A DNA stretch of 55,465 bases from IMG/VR virus record IMGVR_UViG_3300022827_000009, positions 1-55,465 of that record; one strand, written 5' to 3'. Position 1 is the first letter of the stretch; every line of letters starts with the position of its first letter. Shown piece by piece: positions 1-13,179 of the stretch. The translations under genes and the position numbers were made by a program. Below the pieces are notes generated by a model. It saw nothing but the letters and a program-made list of their open reading frames with translations, was not told the origin of the DNA and did no database searches. Source of the stretch: a virus (taxonomy: Duplodnaviria > Caudoviricetes).

Positions 1-653
1 ATAGCACCCTGAGATCCGATTGGACCTGTTACAAGTGAGTCAGCACCAGTCAAACCTGTTGCACCAGTGGGTCCTGTTACAAGAGAATCAGCACCAATTG
101 GGCCAGTTACAAAGCTGTCGGCTCCAATTGGGCCAGTAGGTCCAGTTACAAGAGAATCAGCACCAGTAGCACCAGTGGGTCCTGTTACAAGAGAATCAGC
201 ACCAATTGGGCCAGTTACAAAGCTGTCGGCTCCAGTTGGGCCAGTAGGTCCAGTAACTAGTGAGTCAGCACCAGTTGGTCCAAGGGTTCCAGTTGGGCCA
301 GTTACAAAGCTGTCGGCTCCAGTTGGGCCAGTAGGTCCAGTAACTAGTGAGTCAGCACCAGTTGGGCCAGTTACAAAGCTGTCGGCTCCAGTTGGGCCAG
401 TAGGTCCAGTAACTAGTGAGTCAGCACCAGTTGGGCCAGTTACAAAGCTGTCGGCTCCAGTTGGGCCAGTAACGGCACTATCGGCTCCAGTCGGACCAAT
501 AGGACCAGTTGGGCCAGTTACAGTGCTATCAGCCCCTGTAGGGCCCCCAGGGCCAGTAACTCCTTCTGCGCCTTGTGGGCCTGACGCAGAGACAGAAAGA
601 ATATGCCGCGGGTAGCGCCCCGCGGAGACAGCGGTCACCTCGTACTGAGACAT
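1..653 (-). CDS. Collagen-like (Gly-Pro-Thr repeat) virion/tail-fibre protein, partial (runs off window)
   Basis: Minus-strand ATG at 653 overlaps the upstream stop (TAATG). It reads [43 protein letters not shown]..., followed by repeated [13 protein letters not shown] units. The + ORF 67..615 is its shadow. Confidence 0.85.
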   Translation of the reverse strand, partial: MSQYEVTAVSAGRYPRHILSVSASGPQGAEGVTGPGGPTGADSTVTGPTGPIGPTGADSAVTGPTGADSFVTGPTGADSLVTGPTGPTGADSFVTGPTGADSLVTGPTGPTGADSFVTGPTGTLGPTGADSLVTGPTGPTGADSFVTGPIGADSLVTGPTGATGADSLVTGPTGPIGADSFVTGPIGADSLVTGPTGATGLTGADSLVTGPIGSQGA

Positions 654-1015
654 TATCTGGTTACCTCGGACCTAACTGCAAAGTTACCTTGAAGGATCTT
701 ATAAACAAATATGTCACCTGATGGGGCCACAAGCTCGAGGTCATAAGTGTACATACCTTCCTCGATTGTGGTCATTACATCATCAGAAATATAGATAGAG
801 ACGCTACCATCTGTCTCTCCTAGCTCTATGCCGTCATTTTCTGTAGTAAGGTTCAACAGCACTACAGGGCTCTCAGCAGATGTTCTAACTTGCATTCTTG
901 CAGAGTACCCGCGAAGGATTATCGGCTTATTCGCAGGATCCTTGTAGTAAACTACGCGTGAAAAAGTTGAGCCTTGGTCGGCTATAATGTTGTAAAGACC
1001 TGCGGGTGAGCTCAA
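653..1015 (-). CDS. Small beta-rich phage structural/adaptor protein
   Basis: Motifs I-x-x-DQGSTF, ARMQVR and YTYDLEL...GNF resemble proteins that often precede tail-fibre genes. Translationally coupled to the collagen-like gene. Confidence 0.6.
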   Translation of the reverse strand: MSSPAGLYNIIADQGSTFSRVVYYKDPANKPIILRGYSARMQVRTSAESPVVLLNLTTENDGIELGETDGSVSIYISDDVMTTIEEGMYTYDLELVAPSGDIFVYKILQGNFAVRSEVTR

Positions 1016-1103
1016 TTAGACTCTTTTCAGCGGTATGATTGGCAGAGTTATCTCAATTGTACCGCAGATAGTGGACCACTACACGAGGAGCTATACTGGA
1101 CCC

Positions 1104-1331
1104 ATGAGTAGTATTCTAGAAAGTACAGAGTTAAACAATCTGGATGCAGAAGAGTCGGGTCCTGAATTCGCTCACTATGCTGAAGCAGCTTCTGTGACCG
1201 AAGGATATATCATGGGTAGGCCCGTAATGGCCATCTGTGGGAAGCTATTTGTACCGTCTAGAGACCCAAATAAATTCCCTATCTGCTCAATTTGCAAAAA
1301 CATTGCGGAAGCACTACTCTTAGATATATAA
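1104..1331 (+). CDS. DUF3039-like actinobacterial protein
   Basis: FAHY...PVMAICGKLFVPSRDP..FPICSICK pattern. Start moved to ATG 1104, which lies 6 nt after TATACT. Confidence 0.75.
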   Translation: MSSILESTELNNLDAEESGPEFAHYAEAASVTEGYIMGRPVMAICGKLFVPSRDPNKFPICSICKNIAEALLLDI

Positions 1332-1357
1332 TAAAAATCAACCACTAGATGTTGACT
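1311..1357 (+). promoter_or_regulatory. Putative tandem NrdR boxes upstream of nrdHIEF
   Basis: CCACTAGATGTTGACT (1342-1357) fits the CwAnATnTwG core. A degenerate copy GCACTACTCTTAGATA starts 31 bp upstream. TATACT -10 follows at 1358-1363. Confidence 0.45.
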
Positions 1358-1449
1358 TATACTGGTTATCCAACCGGTCCTGGCGTCTGCATTTTTGCAA
1401 CAAAAAACGCCAGGATTTGTCATCTCTTGCCATCTGAAAGGTATCAAAC

Positions 1450-1668
1450 ATGGTTACTGTATACACACTGCCTTCATGCGTCCAATGCGACAGCACCAAG
1501 AGAGTTTTGACTAGGAACGGTATTGAGTTTGAAACAATCGACCTAAGTACGGATGAAGCTGCCATGGCGCTCGTAAAAGAGCTTGGCTACAGTGCTGCAC
1601 CTATTGTTGTTGTAGGTGACGACCACTGGAGTGGGTTTCGCATGGATAAAATTTCTGCACTTGTGTAA
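1450..1668 (+). CDS. nrdH: Glutaredoxin-like NrdH
   Basis: CVQC motif and C-terminal WSGFR; first gene of the nrd operon; GAAAGG RBS. Confidence 0.95.
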   Translation: MVTVYTLPSCVQCDSTKRVLTRNGIEFETIDLSTDEAAMALVKELGYSAAPIVVVGDDHWSGFRMDKISALV

Positions 1669-1670
1669 TT

Positions 1671-2059
1671 ATGTACGACATAGTATATTTTTCTAACGTA
1701 TCTAATAATACGCACAGGTTTATGGAAAAGTTAGGCCTTCCAGCTCAGCGGATACCAGTCCGATGGGATGGTGAAGAGCCTTTCATGGCTTACGGAGAGT
1801 ACGTTTTGTTTCTCCCCACTTATGGTGGAGGAAATGACGAGCACACTGTGCCAAAACAGGTCAAGAGTTTTTTGAACATCAAAACCAATAGAGACTTGCT
1901 TCGCGGTGTTGTCGGACTCGGCAATACTAATTTTGGTGACCACTTTTGCGGTGCAGCCGAGATGATTTCAGCAAAAACTGGTGTACCTTTGCTGTATCGC
2001 GTAGAAATAATGGGTACACCGTATGACGTAGAACAAGTAAACGAGAGGTTAAAACAACT

Positions 2060-2087
<28 letters not shown>
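1671..2087 (+). CDS. nrdI: Flavodoxin-like NrdI
   Basis: [18 protein letters not shown] and GNTNFG motifs. Confidence 0.95.
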
Positions 2088-5154
<3,067 letters not shown>

Positions 5155-5164
5155 GGAGGCGAAA

Positions 5165-5209
5165 ATGGGTTGCGACTGCGAAGGCTGCGGATGCGGTACA
5201 AGTAAGTAA
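5165..5209 (+). CDS. 14-aa Cys-rich micropeptide MGCDCEGCGCGTSK
   Basis: TAAGGAGG Shine-Dalgarno overlaps the nrdF stop; ATG at 5165; stop lies just before the operon terminator. Confidence 0.5.
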   Translation: MGCDCEGCGCGTSK

Positions 5210-5244
5210 AAAGATAGGCCACCCTCCGGGGTGGCTTTTCTTTT
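5208..5244 (+). terminator. Intrinsic terminator of the nrd operon
   Basis: GCCACCC-TCCG-GGGTGGC hairpin with a T tract downstream and an A tract upstream. Confidence 0.8.
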
Positions 5245-5257
5245 GTATACTGTACCC

Positions 5258-5437
5258 ATGCCTACTTATTCCTATACCTGTGAGAATGGACACGAGTATG
5301 AGGAAGTCCGTGGGATTTCTGAAGATCAGCAAGTTTTCACTTGCGTTACCCCCCTGTGTGGCACTAGACTAAAGCGTAAGTTCACTGCTCCGACGATCAC
5401 TTTTAGCGGGCCAGGATTCAACACAACGCGAGGGTAA
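5258..5437 (+). CDS. FmdB-family zinc-ribbon protein
   Basis: MPTYSYTCENGHEYE...CVTPLC...F.GPGF. Start set at ATG 5258, 6 nt after TATACT. Confidence 0.8.
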   Translation: MPTYSYTCENGHEYEEVRGISEDQQVFTCVTPLCGTRLKRKFTAPTITFSGPGFNTTRG

Positions 5438-5442
5438 CCACC

Positions 5443-5763
5443 ATGGGAGACAAACAATACTTAAGAATACAAGTACCAGAGTTTATCTCCGAGGGTACTG
5501 CTTCTTGCGCTTCTGAATCTGTGGACCCTGAATTGTTTTTCCCCGTGGATGTTGAAGATCGTACTGGAAAAGTAACCTCGTCTTACAAGAACTTAAGGGC
5601 CGCTAAAGAAGTGTGCAACAAGTGCCCACTTAGTCTCAAGTGTTTAGAGTATGCCATAACAAGCTATGACTCGGGTATTTGGGGGGGCACCACTGAGGAG
5701 CAGCGCACTAATATTAGGCGCAAGGTCGGTAGAGATAGGTCTAGAATACAGCTTAAGCGCTAG
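5443..5763 (+). CDS. whiB: WhiB-family Fe-S transcription factor
   Basis: C...DPELFFP...AKEVCNKCP...CLEYA...GIWGGTTEEQR. Confidence 0.92.
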   Translation: MGDKQYLRIQVPEFISEGTASCASESVDPELFFPVDVEDRTGKVTSSYKNLRAAKEVCNKCPLSLKCLEYAITSYDSGIWGGTTEEQRTNIRRKVGRDRSRIQLKR

Positions 5764-5827
5764 ATGGTAGAATAGAAGTTGCCTGGGAGAGAGGCGTCTA
5801 TATTCGCAATCTATCTAAGGGAGTCTC

Positions 5828-6091
5828 ATGGGAATCTTCGCAGAAGTATTTCGTAGAACCGTAGCTCTAATTATTCTCCGTGTAAGTGGAGTCTTTGCTG
5901 GAGGCTCTCTTGCTGGAGTAGAACTCTGGCAAGCAGGTGCAATGGCAGCATTTATCGGCCTCATGGACGTAGCAGAGAATCTATCTCGTGCGTATATGAC
6001 TGATGGCGTGCTTGACATGCAGGAGATCAACTCGGCTTTTGGCTCACAGTCGGCCGAGGATGCAGATCCGTATCTAGCAAAAAGAGACTAA
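5828..6091 (+). CDS. Small membrane protein (possibly holin-like)
   Basis: Two hydrophobic segments; AAGGGAG RBS. Confidence 0.55.
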   Translation: MGIFAEVFRRTVALIILRVSGVFAGGSLAGVELWQAGAMAAFIGLMDVAENLSRAYMTDGVLDMQEINSAFGSQSAEDADPYLAKRD

Positions 6092-6096
6092 CAAAT

Positions 6097-6149
6097 AAAA
6101 AAATAACAGCTCCTACTGGACAAATGCTCCGGTAGGGGCTATTATTTTG
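6097..6149. terminator. Bidirectional-type terminator overlapping the next promoter
   Basis: AGCTCCTACTGGA/TCCGGTAGGGGCT stem flanked by A and T tracts; contains TGGACA-N17-TATTAT. Confidence 0.65.
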
Positions 6150-6151
6150 TC

Positions 6152-6391
6152 ATGGATACTTTTGAAATTTGGCTAGAACACGGAATTAAGATGGGCTGGT
6201 GCGGTCCTGCTATATGTGACACTCATGACGGGACCCCCATGTCAGAAACAGAAATGGAAGAATTTGAAGATGGTGGTGACCCCTGCCTCCACGTAATTCG
6301 TCTCTATGAAGATACCGATCAAAAGAAGTCCATTGAGGAAACCCACTCGCCTTCTGTCTGGCGGGCAACAAACCGTGGAATAGATGTATAG
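6152..6391 (+). CDS. Hypothetical Cys/His protein, paralog of 23135..23365
   Basis: FEIWLEHG..GW..PAICDTHDGTP...C; leaderless start. Confidence 0.75.
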   Translation: MDTFEIWLEHGIKMGWCGPAICDTHDGTPMSETEMEEFEDGGDPCLHVIRLYEDTDQKKSIEETHSPSVWRATNRGIDV

Positions 6392-6404
6392 TTAGTATCA
6401 ACAA

Positions 6405-6480
6405 CCCTCTCTAACTCAATTGGCAGAGTGGTTGACCGTTTACGGTTAACTGGTTCGTGGTTCAAGTCCACGGAGAGGGA
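6405..6480 (+). tRNA. tRNA-like gene (Asn/Lys-like body) with a non-canonical anticodon arm
   Basis: Acceptor CCCTCTC/GAGAGGG; D arm ACTC-AATTGGCA-GAGT; T arm CGTGG-TTCAAGT-CCACG. The anticodon arm GTTGACCGTTTACGGTTAAC is 20 nt instead of 17. No encoded CCA. Confidence 0.75.
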
Positions 6481-6518
6481 CGTCATCGATTTAAATAAAT
6501 TCGTGTAGTATTTTAAGC

Positions 6519-7502
6519 ATGAAGCATGAGATATTTGGCGATTTAGCCCCCATAGGCACACAGTACTCTGACGGGCTGTACGTCACATTTAAGGACAGCG
6601 ATGTGCACGCTGTATACGCGAGTGTAGGTGACGTACCCCCTAGCTCTTTGAGCAATCCGACAGTGATATCTGACATAAAAAACTGCGCCCTCATACCGAT
6701 CGTTCTGCAGTATGGGCACATGTTTGAAGAGTACCTAAGCGGCATCCTTTCCATGCATGAAGCGGCTACTCTTAGTTCTCAGGTAATTACCTTTATAGTT
6801 CCCCCAAAGGCAAGAGAGATCAGCGAGTACGAATTTTTTCTAAAACATTTAGAAGCATACGGTGTAAATTTTATCTACTGTAGTGCAGCTGAAGAATTCT
6901 CGACATTTAGATTTAGCAACCTACGCCTAGTTGAAGCCGTTGATCGGAATGCGCACACTATGAGTCTAGTGAGAGACTTTTGCTTATATGTTTCCGATAA
7001 ATTAGTCGATAGATCAGACGTGGCCGGATGCTCGTACTTGAGTAGGCAGAGTGGGGTAGACTCTCAAGATCTTGACGACGGAGAACTCGAGTGGCTGGCC
7101 AACAACAGACACTTAAAATACACAGCTACTCAATCTAGAGTTAACGAAGAATCTACTCTAATCAATTACTTTCTCGCAAAGGGGGACACCGAAATCCGTC
7201 TCTCTGAGGATTTTGCCTCTTTTGAGGACCAAGTAAGGTTCTTCTCCTCGCTGAAAACCTTAATATCTCCTTCTGGAAGCGGGCTATTCAATCTCTTCTT
7301 CATGAAACCAGGATCCGCTATCATAGAGCTAGCTACACCCTTGGGCACGCACTTCGGAAATGGCAACTACAGTAGTGCGTACCATCTCCAATACCCGCTT
7401 TACTCTTTTATATCGGGGCTCAACTACATAGGACTGCCTCATTCTAGGGAACCTAGGGAAATTATAAATAAGCTAGAACTGCTGCACGAATCGATACTCT
7501 AA
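6519..7502 (+). CDS. Glycosyltransferase family 61-like protein
   Basis: QYGH near the N-terminus, YLSR, and C-terminal FEDQVRFF...ISPSGSGLFNLFFMKPGSAIIEL resembling the GT61 signature. Confidence 0.6.
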   Translation: MKHEIFGDLAPIGTQYSDGLYVTFKDSDVHAVYASVGDVPPSSLSNPTVISDIKNCALIPIVLQYGHMFEEYLSGILSMHEAATLSSQVITFIVPPKAREISEYEFFLKHLEAYGVNFIYCSAAEEFSTFRFSNLRLVEAVDRNAHTMSLVRDFCLYVSDKLVDRSDVAGCSYLSRQSGVDSQDLDDGELEWLANNRHLKYTATQSRVNEESTLINYFLAKGDTEIRLSEDFASFEDQVRFFSSLKTLISPSGSGLFNLFFMKPGSAIIELATPLGTHFGNGNYSSAYHLQYPLYSFISGLNYIGLPHSREPREIINKLELLHESIL

Positions 7503-7927
7503 TGAGTACGCCTCTATCCGTATACACAGGAGGAACTTTTGACCTTTTCCATTGGGGCCATGCAAGGTTTTTAGAGCAATGCTCTCGCTTGGGTGATGTC
7601 TGTGTTTCATTAAATACAGATGAGTTTATCCAATTCTACAAAGGTAGTAATCCTGTAATGTCGTATCAAGAAAGATTGACTACCCTAGAGTCCTGCAAGT
7701 GGGTCACCAGTGTTATTCAGAACTTTGGCGGTGCCGATAGCAAGATCGCTATTGAGTCGACAATGCCGGACATTATTGCAGTGGGCTCCGACTGGGAAGG
7801 CAGAGACTACTACTCGCAGATGGGATTTACTCAAAACTGGTTAGATGCCAGGGGTATATCTTTGGTCTACTTACCTTACACAATTGGTATAAGCAGCACC
7901 GACATAAAAAACCGTCTAAAGTCCTAA
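7502..7927 (+). CDS. Cytidylyltransferase (TagD/glycerol-3-phosphate CTase-like)
   Basis: YTGGTFDLFHWGH (HxGH), GSDW and ISSTDIK motifs. Confidence 0.9.
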   Translation: MSTPLSVYTGGTFDLFHWGHARFLEQCSRLGDVCVSLNTDEFIQFYKGSNPVMSYQERLTTLESCKWVTSVIQNFGGADSKIAIESTMPDIIAVGSDWEGRDYYSQMGFTQNWLDARGISLVYLPYTIGISSTDIKNRLKS

Positions 7928-7965
7928 AGCTTGCGTAGTTATATCTAGTATGCTACCCTAAACGT

Positions 7966-9363
<1,398 letters not shown>

Positions 9364-9474
9364 GGTACTAAATATAGCATACTGAACACCGCTATTTTGC
9401 TGGTTAATGTACAAAAGGTAGTGTACATAAATGCCATACAACCTTAGGTCTAAGTTTGTATGGAAAACAGGGGA

Positions 9475-9503
9475 TTGACCCCCTATCGAAGAGGAGATAC
9501 AAT
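9475..9503 (+). promoter_or_regulatory. SigA-type promoter giving a leaderless mRNA
   Basis: TTGACC-N17-TACAAT-N6-ATG(9510). Confidence 0.75.
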
Positions 9504-9509
9504 TAAAGT

Positions 9510-9740
9510 ATGGAAAACATTCAAACATTAGCTTTAATAGTGCTAGCAGCCGAGTTTGTAATCATCTTGGTGCTCTTCTGGCACCTTGGCCGCGAGTCAG
9601 GCGAGTATGAAAAGAAGCACAGAAGCGACGAACGAGATTTGATTATTAGGTTGATCCAATCAACTAGACGCCGCTCCGTGAGCGACGAGACAAATGAATT
9701 TAGAGAAGTTCTAGTAGAAAAACTAAAAAACCGTTTGTGA
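9510..9740 (+). CDS. Small membrane-anchored protein
   Basis: N-terminal transmembrane helix; ERDLIIRLI motif. Confidence 0.65.
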   Translation: MENIQTLALIVLAAEFVIILVLFWHLGRESGEYEKKHRSDERDLIIRLIQSTRRRSVSDETNEFREVLVEKLKNRL

Positions 9741-9794
9741 GTTAGAGCCAAATAGGCTATGCTCATACAAGTAAATGAACCCCACTACAGATAG

Positions 9795-10040
9795 GTGCTA
9801 GCGTTGAAGATATTAACAGACTCAGAGGATTGGACGCTCACCAATAACGATAGATGTGACTTCGATTGCACATCCCAGGCTTACGTAAAAGCTGTAGGTA
9901 ATACGGGCGAGCTACTGTTCTGCTCTCACCACTACAACAAGACTTCAAATGACGCAGATGCGTACGAGAAACTAATGAACTTTGCTTACCAAGTAATAGA
10001 CGAGCGTGAACGTCTCATTGTGAACAGGCTTCAAGGCTAA
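9795..10040 (+). CDS. Small Cys/His protein
   Basis: DRCD..C..QAYV...LLFC.HH pattern, recalled from actinobacterial/phage proteins. Confidence 0.65.
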   Translation: MLALKILTDSEDWTLTNNDRCDFDCTSQAYVKAVGNTGELLFCSHHYNKTSNDADAYEKLMNFAYQVIDERERLIVNRLQG

Positions 10041-10044
10041 CCTA

Positions 10045-10608
10045 ATGGCATTAAAGGAACTAGTTCCCGGAGAGCTCTGGGAGTATGAGAACTTTATAAC
10101 TGATTCAGAGCTTGGGCTCTTGCTCGATAAGGCTAGGTTCGCCAGAGAAGAAGATTGGTTTGCCGAAGACTTACCTGACTATGATAAGCATCATGCTGGA
10201 AAAACTTTTGAGTTCCAAGATACTCCTGGGGGAAGCTACCTGTCAAAGGCAATTGACCTTAGAGTTGCTGCCCTGTTCAAAGACGTAGCATACATGAATG
10301 AAATAGGTAGTATATGCAGAGCTACATCCCATCTAGAACCTGTAGGGATGCACAGAGATAATGCTGACCAAGACATAGTCGGGGAACATAGAAACACTCA
10401 TGTGAAGTATGGAGTCCTTATGTACTTAAACGATGACTATATTGGGGGCGAGATATGCTATCCAGAGTTAGGAATAGAGTACAAACCTAAACCAGGTGTC
10501 CTGTTGATCCATCACGCTGGCAACTTACATGGTGTCAACCCAGTGACAGAAGGGGTCCGCTTCTCTATGACATCCTTTGTCTATGGCCTAGACGCCCTTA
10601 TTGTTTAA
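10045..10608 (+). CDS. 2OG-Fe(II) oxygenase (prolyl-4-hydroxylase-like)
   Basis: HRD...YLNDDYIGGE...HGV..V..GVR. Confidence 0.88.
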   Translation: MALKELVPGELWEYENFITDSELGLLLDKARFAREEDWFAEDLPDYDKHHAGKTFEFQDTPGGSYLSKAIDLRVAALFKDVAYMNEIGSICRATSHLEPVGMHRDNADQDIVGEHRNTHVKYGVLMYLNDDYIGGEICYPELGIEYKPKPGVLLIHHAGNLHGVNPVTEGVRFSMTSFVYGLDALIV

Positions 10609-11151
10609 TGTCTCGTGGAAGACAATAATTACGTTGACGCGGACGCCCTTAGTCACATAGTCAACCCCGTGGATAGTGTCATGGCCAGTAAAGAGAACTA
10701 GAGTTCCGGCCTTGGGATGTAAGCTAATTTTTAAGTCTGGGAAGTGTAGTTCCCCACCTTCGTAATCGTCGGTGAGAAAAAGCGCGGCTATGTATGGTTT
10801 CTGATCTGCAGCGTCGCCGTTAGAGTCTGGCTCCCAGTCGGCATGACCTGCCAGCCAAGCCCCTTCGCGCATCATGTTCCCATAACATCTATGGAGAGTG
10901 AACTCTCCCTTGATCTCGTAATTGTCCCTAAAAACTGAGTGAGCATGCTTCACTGCAAGTTTTATCTTGCCTTCGGCATCCCAATCGTAGGTTATAGCAT
11001 TATCTTCTAAAACTTCGGGGCCGAACAGGCTGAAAGTGCTATACATCTCACGGTCGTCATCTTGCGGAGACAACTGCATAGCTGCCGCTGCTCGGCTGGC
11101 CTCCTCCTGTGTGAGAAAGTCTTCAAAGATGAGGTAGTCTTTCGAGATCAT
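10588..11151 (-). CDS. 2OG-Fe(II) oxygenase
   Basis: HAD...LTDDYEGGEL...HGV..V..GVR. Confidence 0.88.
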   Translation of the reverse strand: MISKDYLIFEDFLTQEEASRAAAAMQLSPQDDDREMYSTFSLFGPEVLEDNAITYDWDAEGKIKLAVKHAHSVFRDNYEIKGEFTLHRCYGNMMREGAWLAGHADWEPDSNGDAADQKPYIAALFLTDDYEGGELHFPDLKISLHPKAGTLVLFTGHDTIHGVDYVTKGVRVNVIIVFHETLNNKGV

Positions 11152-11699
11152 GTTGCTAAAGGGATGTGGTCGCGGAAAAAGAATATAAAGTTATAACGTT
11201 TCCCCGAAAGAACCTTACGAACTCCATGGAGATTGGCCTCGTTACCTCTAAACATTATCAAGTCGCCTTGCTCTAGCTTTATATCTATGTTGTGATGCTG
11301 GAAGTACAGTTCTCCACCTTCATAGTCGCTGTTTAGCATTAAAATACAAGAATAGTGCAGCTCCACCTCGGGTTTACCGTCGTAGTGGTCCCCGTCGTCG
11401 TCGTGAGCGTAATTTTCCGCGCCAGTGTCCATAATGTTCCCGTAAAGGCGCTTCATGCCAAAAGTGTACTTCATGTCGTAATTGTCCTGAAAAAACGCTT
11501 TAACCTTAGTAAGCATCAATCTCACTGGTTGTAGGAAAGGTAGCTCCTCATTCTCCAAGTCTGTTAGGGGGACTCTTTGTAGTCGATATCCCGGTCTGAA
11601 TTGGTCTTTCATCGCGTACTCTTCAATCCATTGTGAGTAAGTCTCGCACTGCGAGGGCGTGAGCGCGTTTTTAATGAGCTTGTATGGAAGGTCTGTCAT
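11148..11699 (-). CDS. 2OG-Fe(II) oxygenase
   Basis: HDD...LNSDYEGGEL...HGV..V.SGKR. Confidence 0.88.
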   Translation of the reverse strand: MTDLPYKLIKNALTPSQCETYSQWIEEYAMKDQFRPGYRLQRVPLTDLENEELPFLQPVRLMLTKVKAFFQDNYDMKYTFGMKRLYGNIMDTGAENYAHDDDGDHYDGKPEVELHYSCILMLNSDYEGGELYFQHHNIDIKLEQGDLIMFRGNEANLHGVRKVLSGKRYNFIFFFRDHIPLAT

Positions 11700-11735
11700 A
11701 AGAACATTCTATCATTATTAGATTAGACTATTAGG

Positions 11736-13169
11736 ATGAAGATCATAGGTATCAATGAGACTACACACGATGCTGCAATGGCCGTCATTGAGGACGGTGA
11801 GATCCTATTCGCTGGACACGCCGAGCGCTACAGTAAGCAGAAGAACGATTGGTATAACAACGACCTTATTCTGATGGACGCCCTTAAGCACGGATCACCA
11901 GACAAGGTCGCCTACTATGAGAAGTCTTGGCTAAAGAAAATTAGGATTGCACGGCACGGTGGGTTCGGGGGTGGACGTCCCTACTACAAAGACACTCTTC
12001 TCGGTGGCCTACCAACCATTAACTTCACCCATCACTATTCGCATGCTGCTGCTGGATACTTTACCTCTAGTTTTGTGGACGCCGCTATTGTTGTGCTAGA
12101 CGCAATTGGAGAGTTTGAGACGTCTACAGTTTGGAAGGGGGAAGGTGAGAAGATAACGCAGGTGAGAAGGGACAAGTACCCCTTCAGCTTTGGACTCTTC
12201 TACTCTGCCTTTACGCAGCTAGTTGGGTTGAAGCCAAACGAGGAAGAGTACATCATGATGGGCATGGCTGCCTATGGTGACAAAGATAGATATTACGAGA
12301 GAGTACGCAGTTACTTCCCTATCTATTACGCCCAAGAGGGTAACTTTCATAGGGGTATCCAAGACTGGGGAGAAGAAGTAGAGGGCCAAGCAAGATTTGA
12401 CCTAGCAGCTGCAGTCCAACAGGTTTTTGAGGACCGACTGGTTGAGTACATAACCATGGTTAAACAAACTACTGGCAAGAAAAATCTAGTCTTTATGGGC
12501 GGCTGTGCCCTAAACAGTAAGGCCAATACCCTTCTTCACGGCATCTTCAAGAATGTCTGGATCATGCCTAACCCTGGAGATGCGGGGTCAGCACTTGGCG
12601 CTGCAGCCGCCCTCTATGGAAAACACCTGAACTGGACTGGACCATACTTGGGTACCAATATCCCTGGGGAGTATCCAGTAAAGAAAATCGTAGACGCCCT
12701 TATTAACGACAAAGTAGCGCCAGTAGCTTCAGGTAGGGCTGAGTATGGGCCAAGGGCGTTGGGCAATAGGAGTATTTTGGCCGACCCTAGGGATCCAGAC
12801 ATAAAGAATAAAGTAAATCTAATAAAGAAACGTGAGCTATTTAGACCATTCGCTCCAATTGTTATGGAGGAGTATGCAACCAGGTGGTTCGATATGGACT
12901 ACTACTCTCCTTATATGCAGTACACACCAAGATGCCTTAAGCCTTGGTTGATCCCTAGCGTGGTGCACGCAGACGGTACTTCTAGGGTTCAGACAGTAAA
13001 TAAGCGTCAACACCCGGGGCTTTATGAAGTACTAGAGAATTGGCATGCCTACAGCGGTGTGCCAGTTCTATTGAATACAAGTCTCAATATAAAAGGACAG
13101 CCTATGCTTAATGATCAAAATGATGTACTAGAATGGGAAGCACACTACAACACTAAAATCATCAGCTAG
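11736..13169 (+). CDS. NodU/CmcH-family carbamoyltransferase
   Basis: HDAA, ERYS, HHYSHAA, GGCALN, PGDAG, EYGPRALGNRSIL, FRPFAP, HADGTSRVQ and LNTSLN motifs. Confidence 0.93.
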   Translation: MKIIGINETTHDAAMAVIEDGEILFAGHAERYSKQKNDWYNNDLILMDALKHGSPDKVAYYEKSWLKKIRIARHGGFGGGRPYYKDTLLGGLPTINFTHHYSHAAAGYFTSSFVDAAIVVLDAIGEFETSTVWKGEGEKITQVRRDKYPFSFGLFYSAFTQLVGLKPNEEEYIMMGMAAYGDKDRYYERVRSYFPIYYAQEGNFHRGIQDWGEEVEGQARFDLAAAVQQVFEDRLVEYITMVKQTTGKKNLVFMGGCALNSKANTLLHGIFKNVWIMPNPGDAGSALGAAAALYGKHLNWTGPYLGTNIPGEYPVKKIVDALINDKVAPVASGRAEYGPRALGNRSILADPRDPDIKNKVNLIKKRELFRPFAPIVMEEYATRWFDMDYYSPYMQYTPRCLKPWLIPSVVHADGTSRVQTVNKRQHPGLYEVLENWHAYSGVPVLLNTSLNIKGQPMLNDQNDVLEWEAHYNTKIIS

Positions 13170-13179
13170 AGGACTAACA

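Noticed and set aside
67-615. + strand ORF rich in PVGPV repeats
   Set aside because: Antisense shadow of the minus-strand Gly-X-Y collagen-like gene, which has a coupled start.
6431-6450. Stop-codon reassignment via a TTA-containing suppressor loop
   Set aside because: Conserved genes are intact in the standard code and end normally at TAA, TAG or TGA, and the loop geometry is not that of a standard suppressor.
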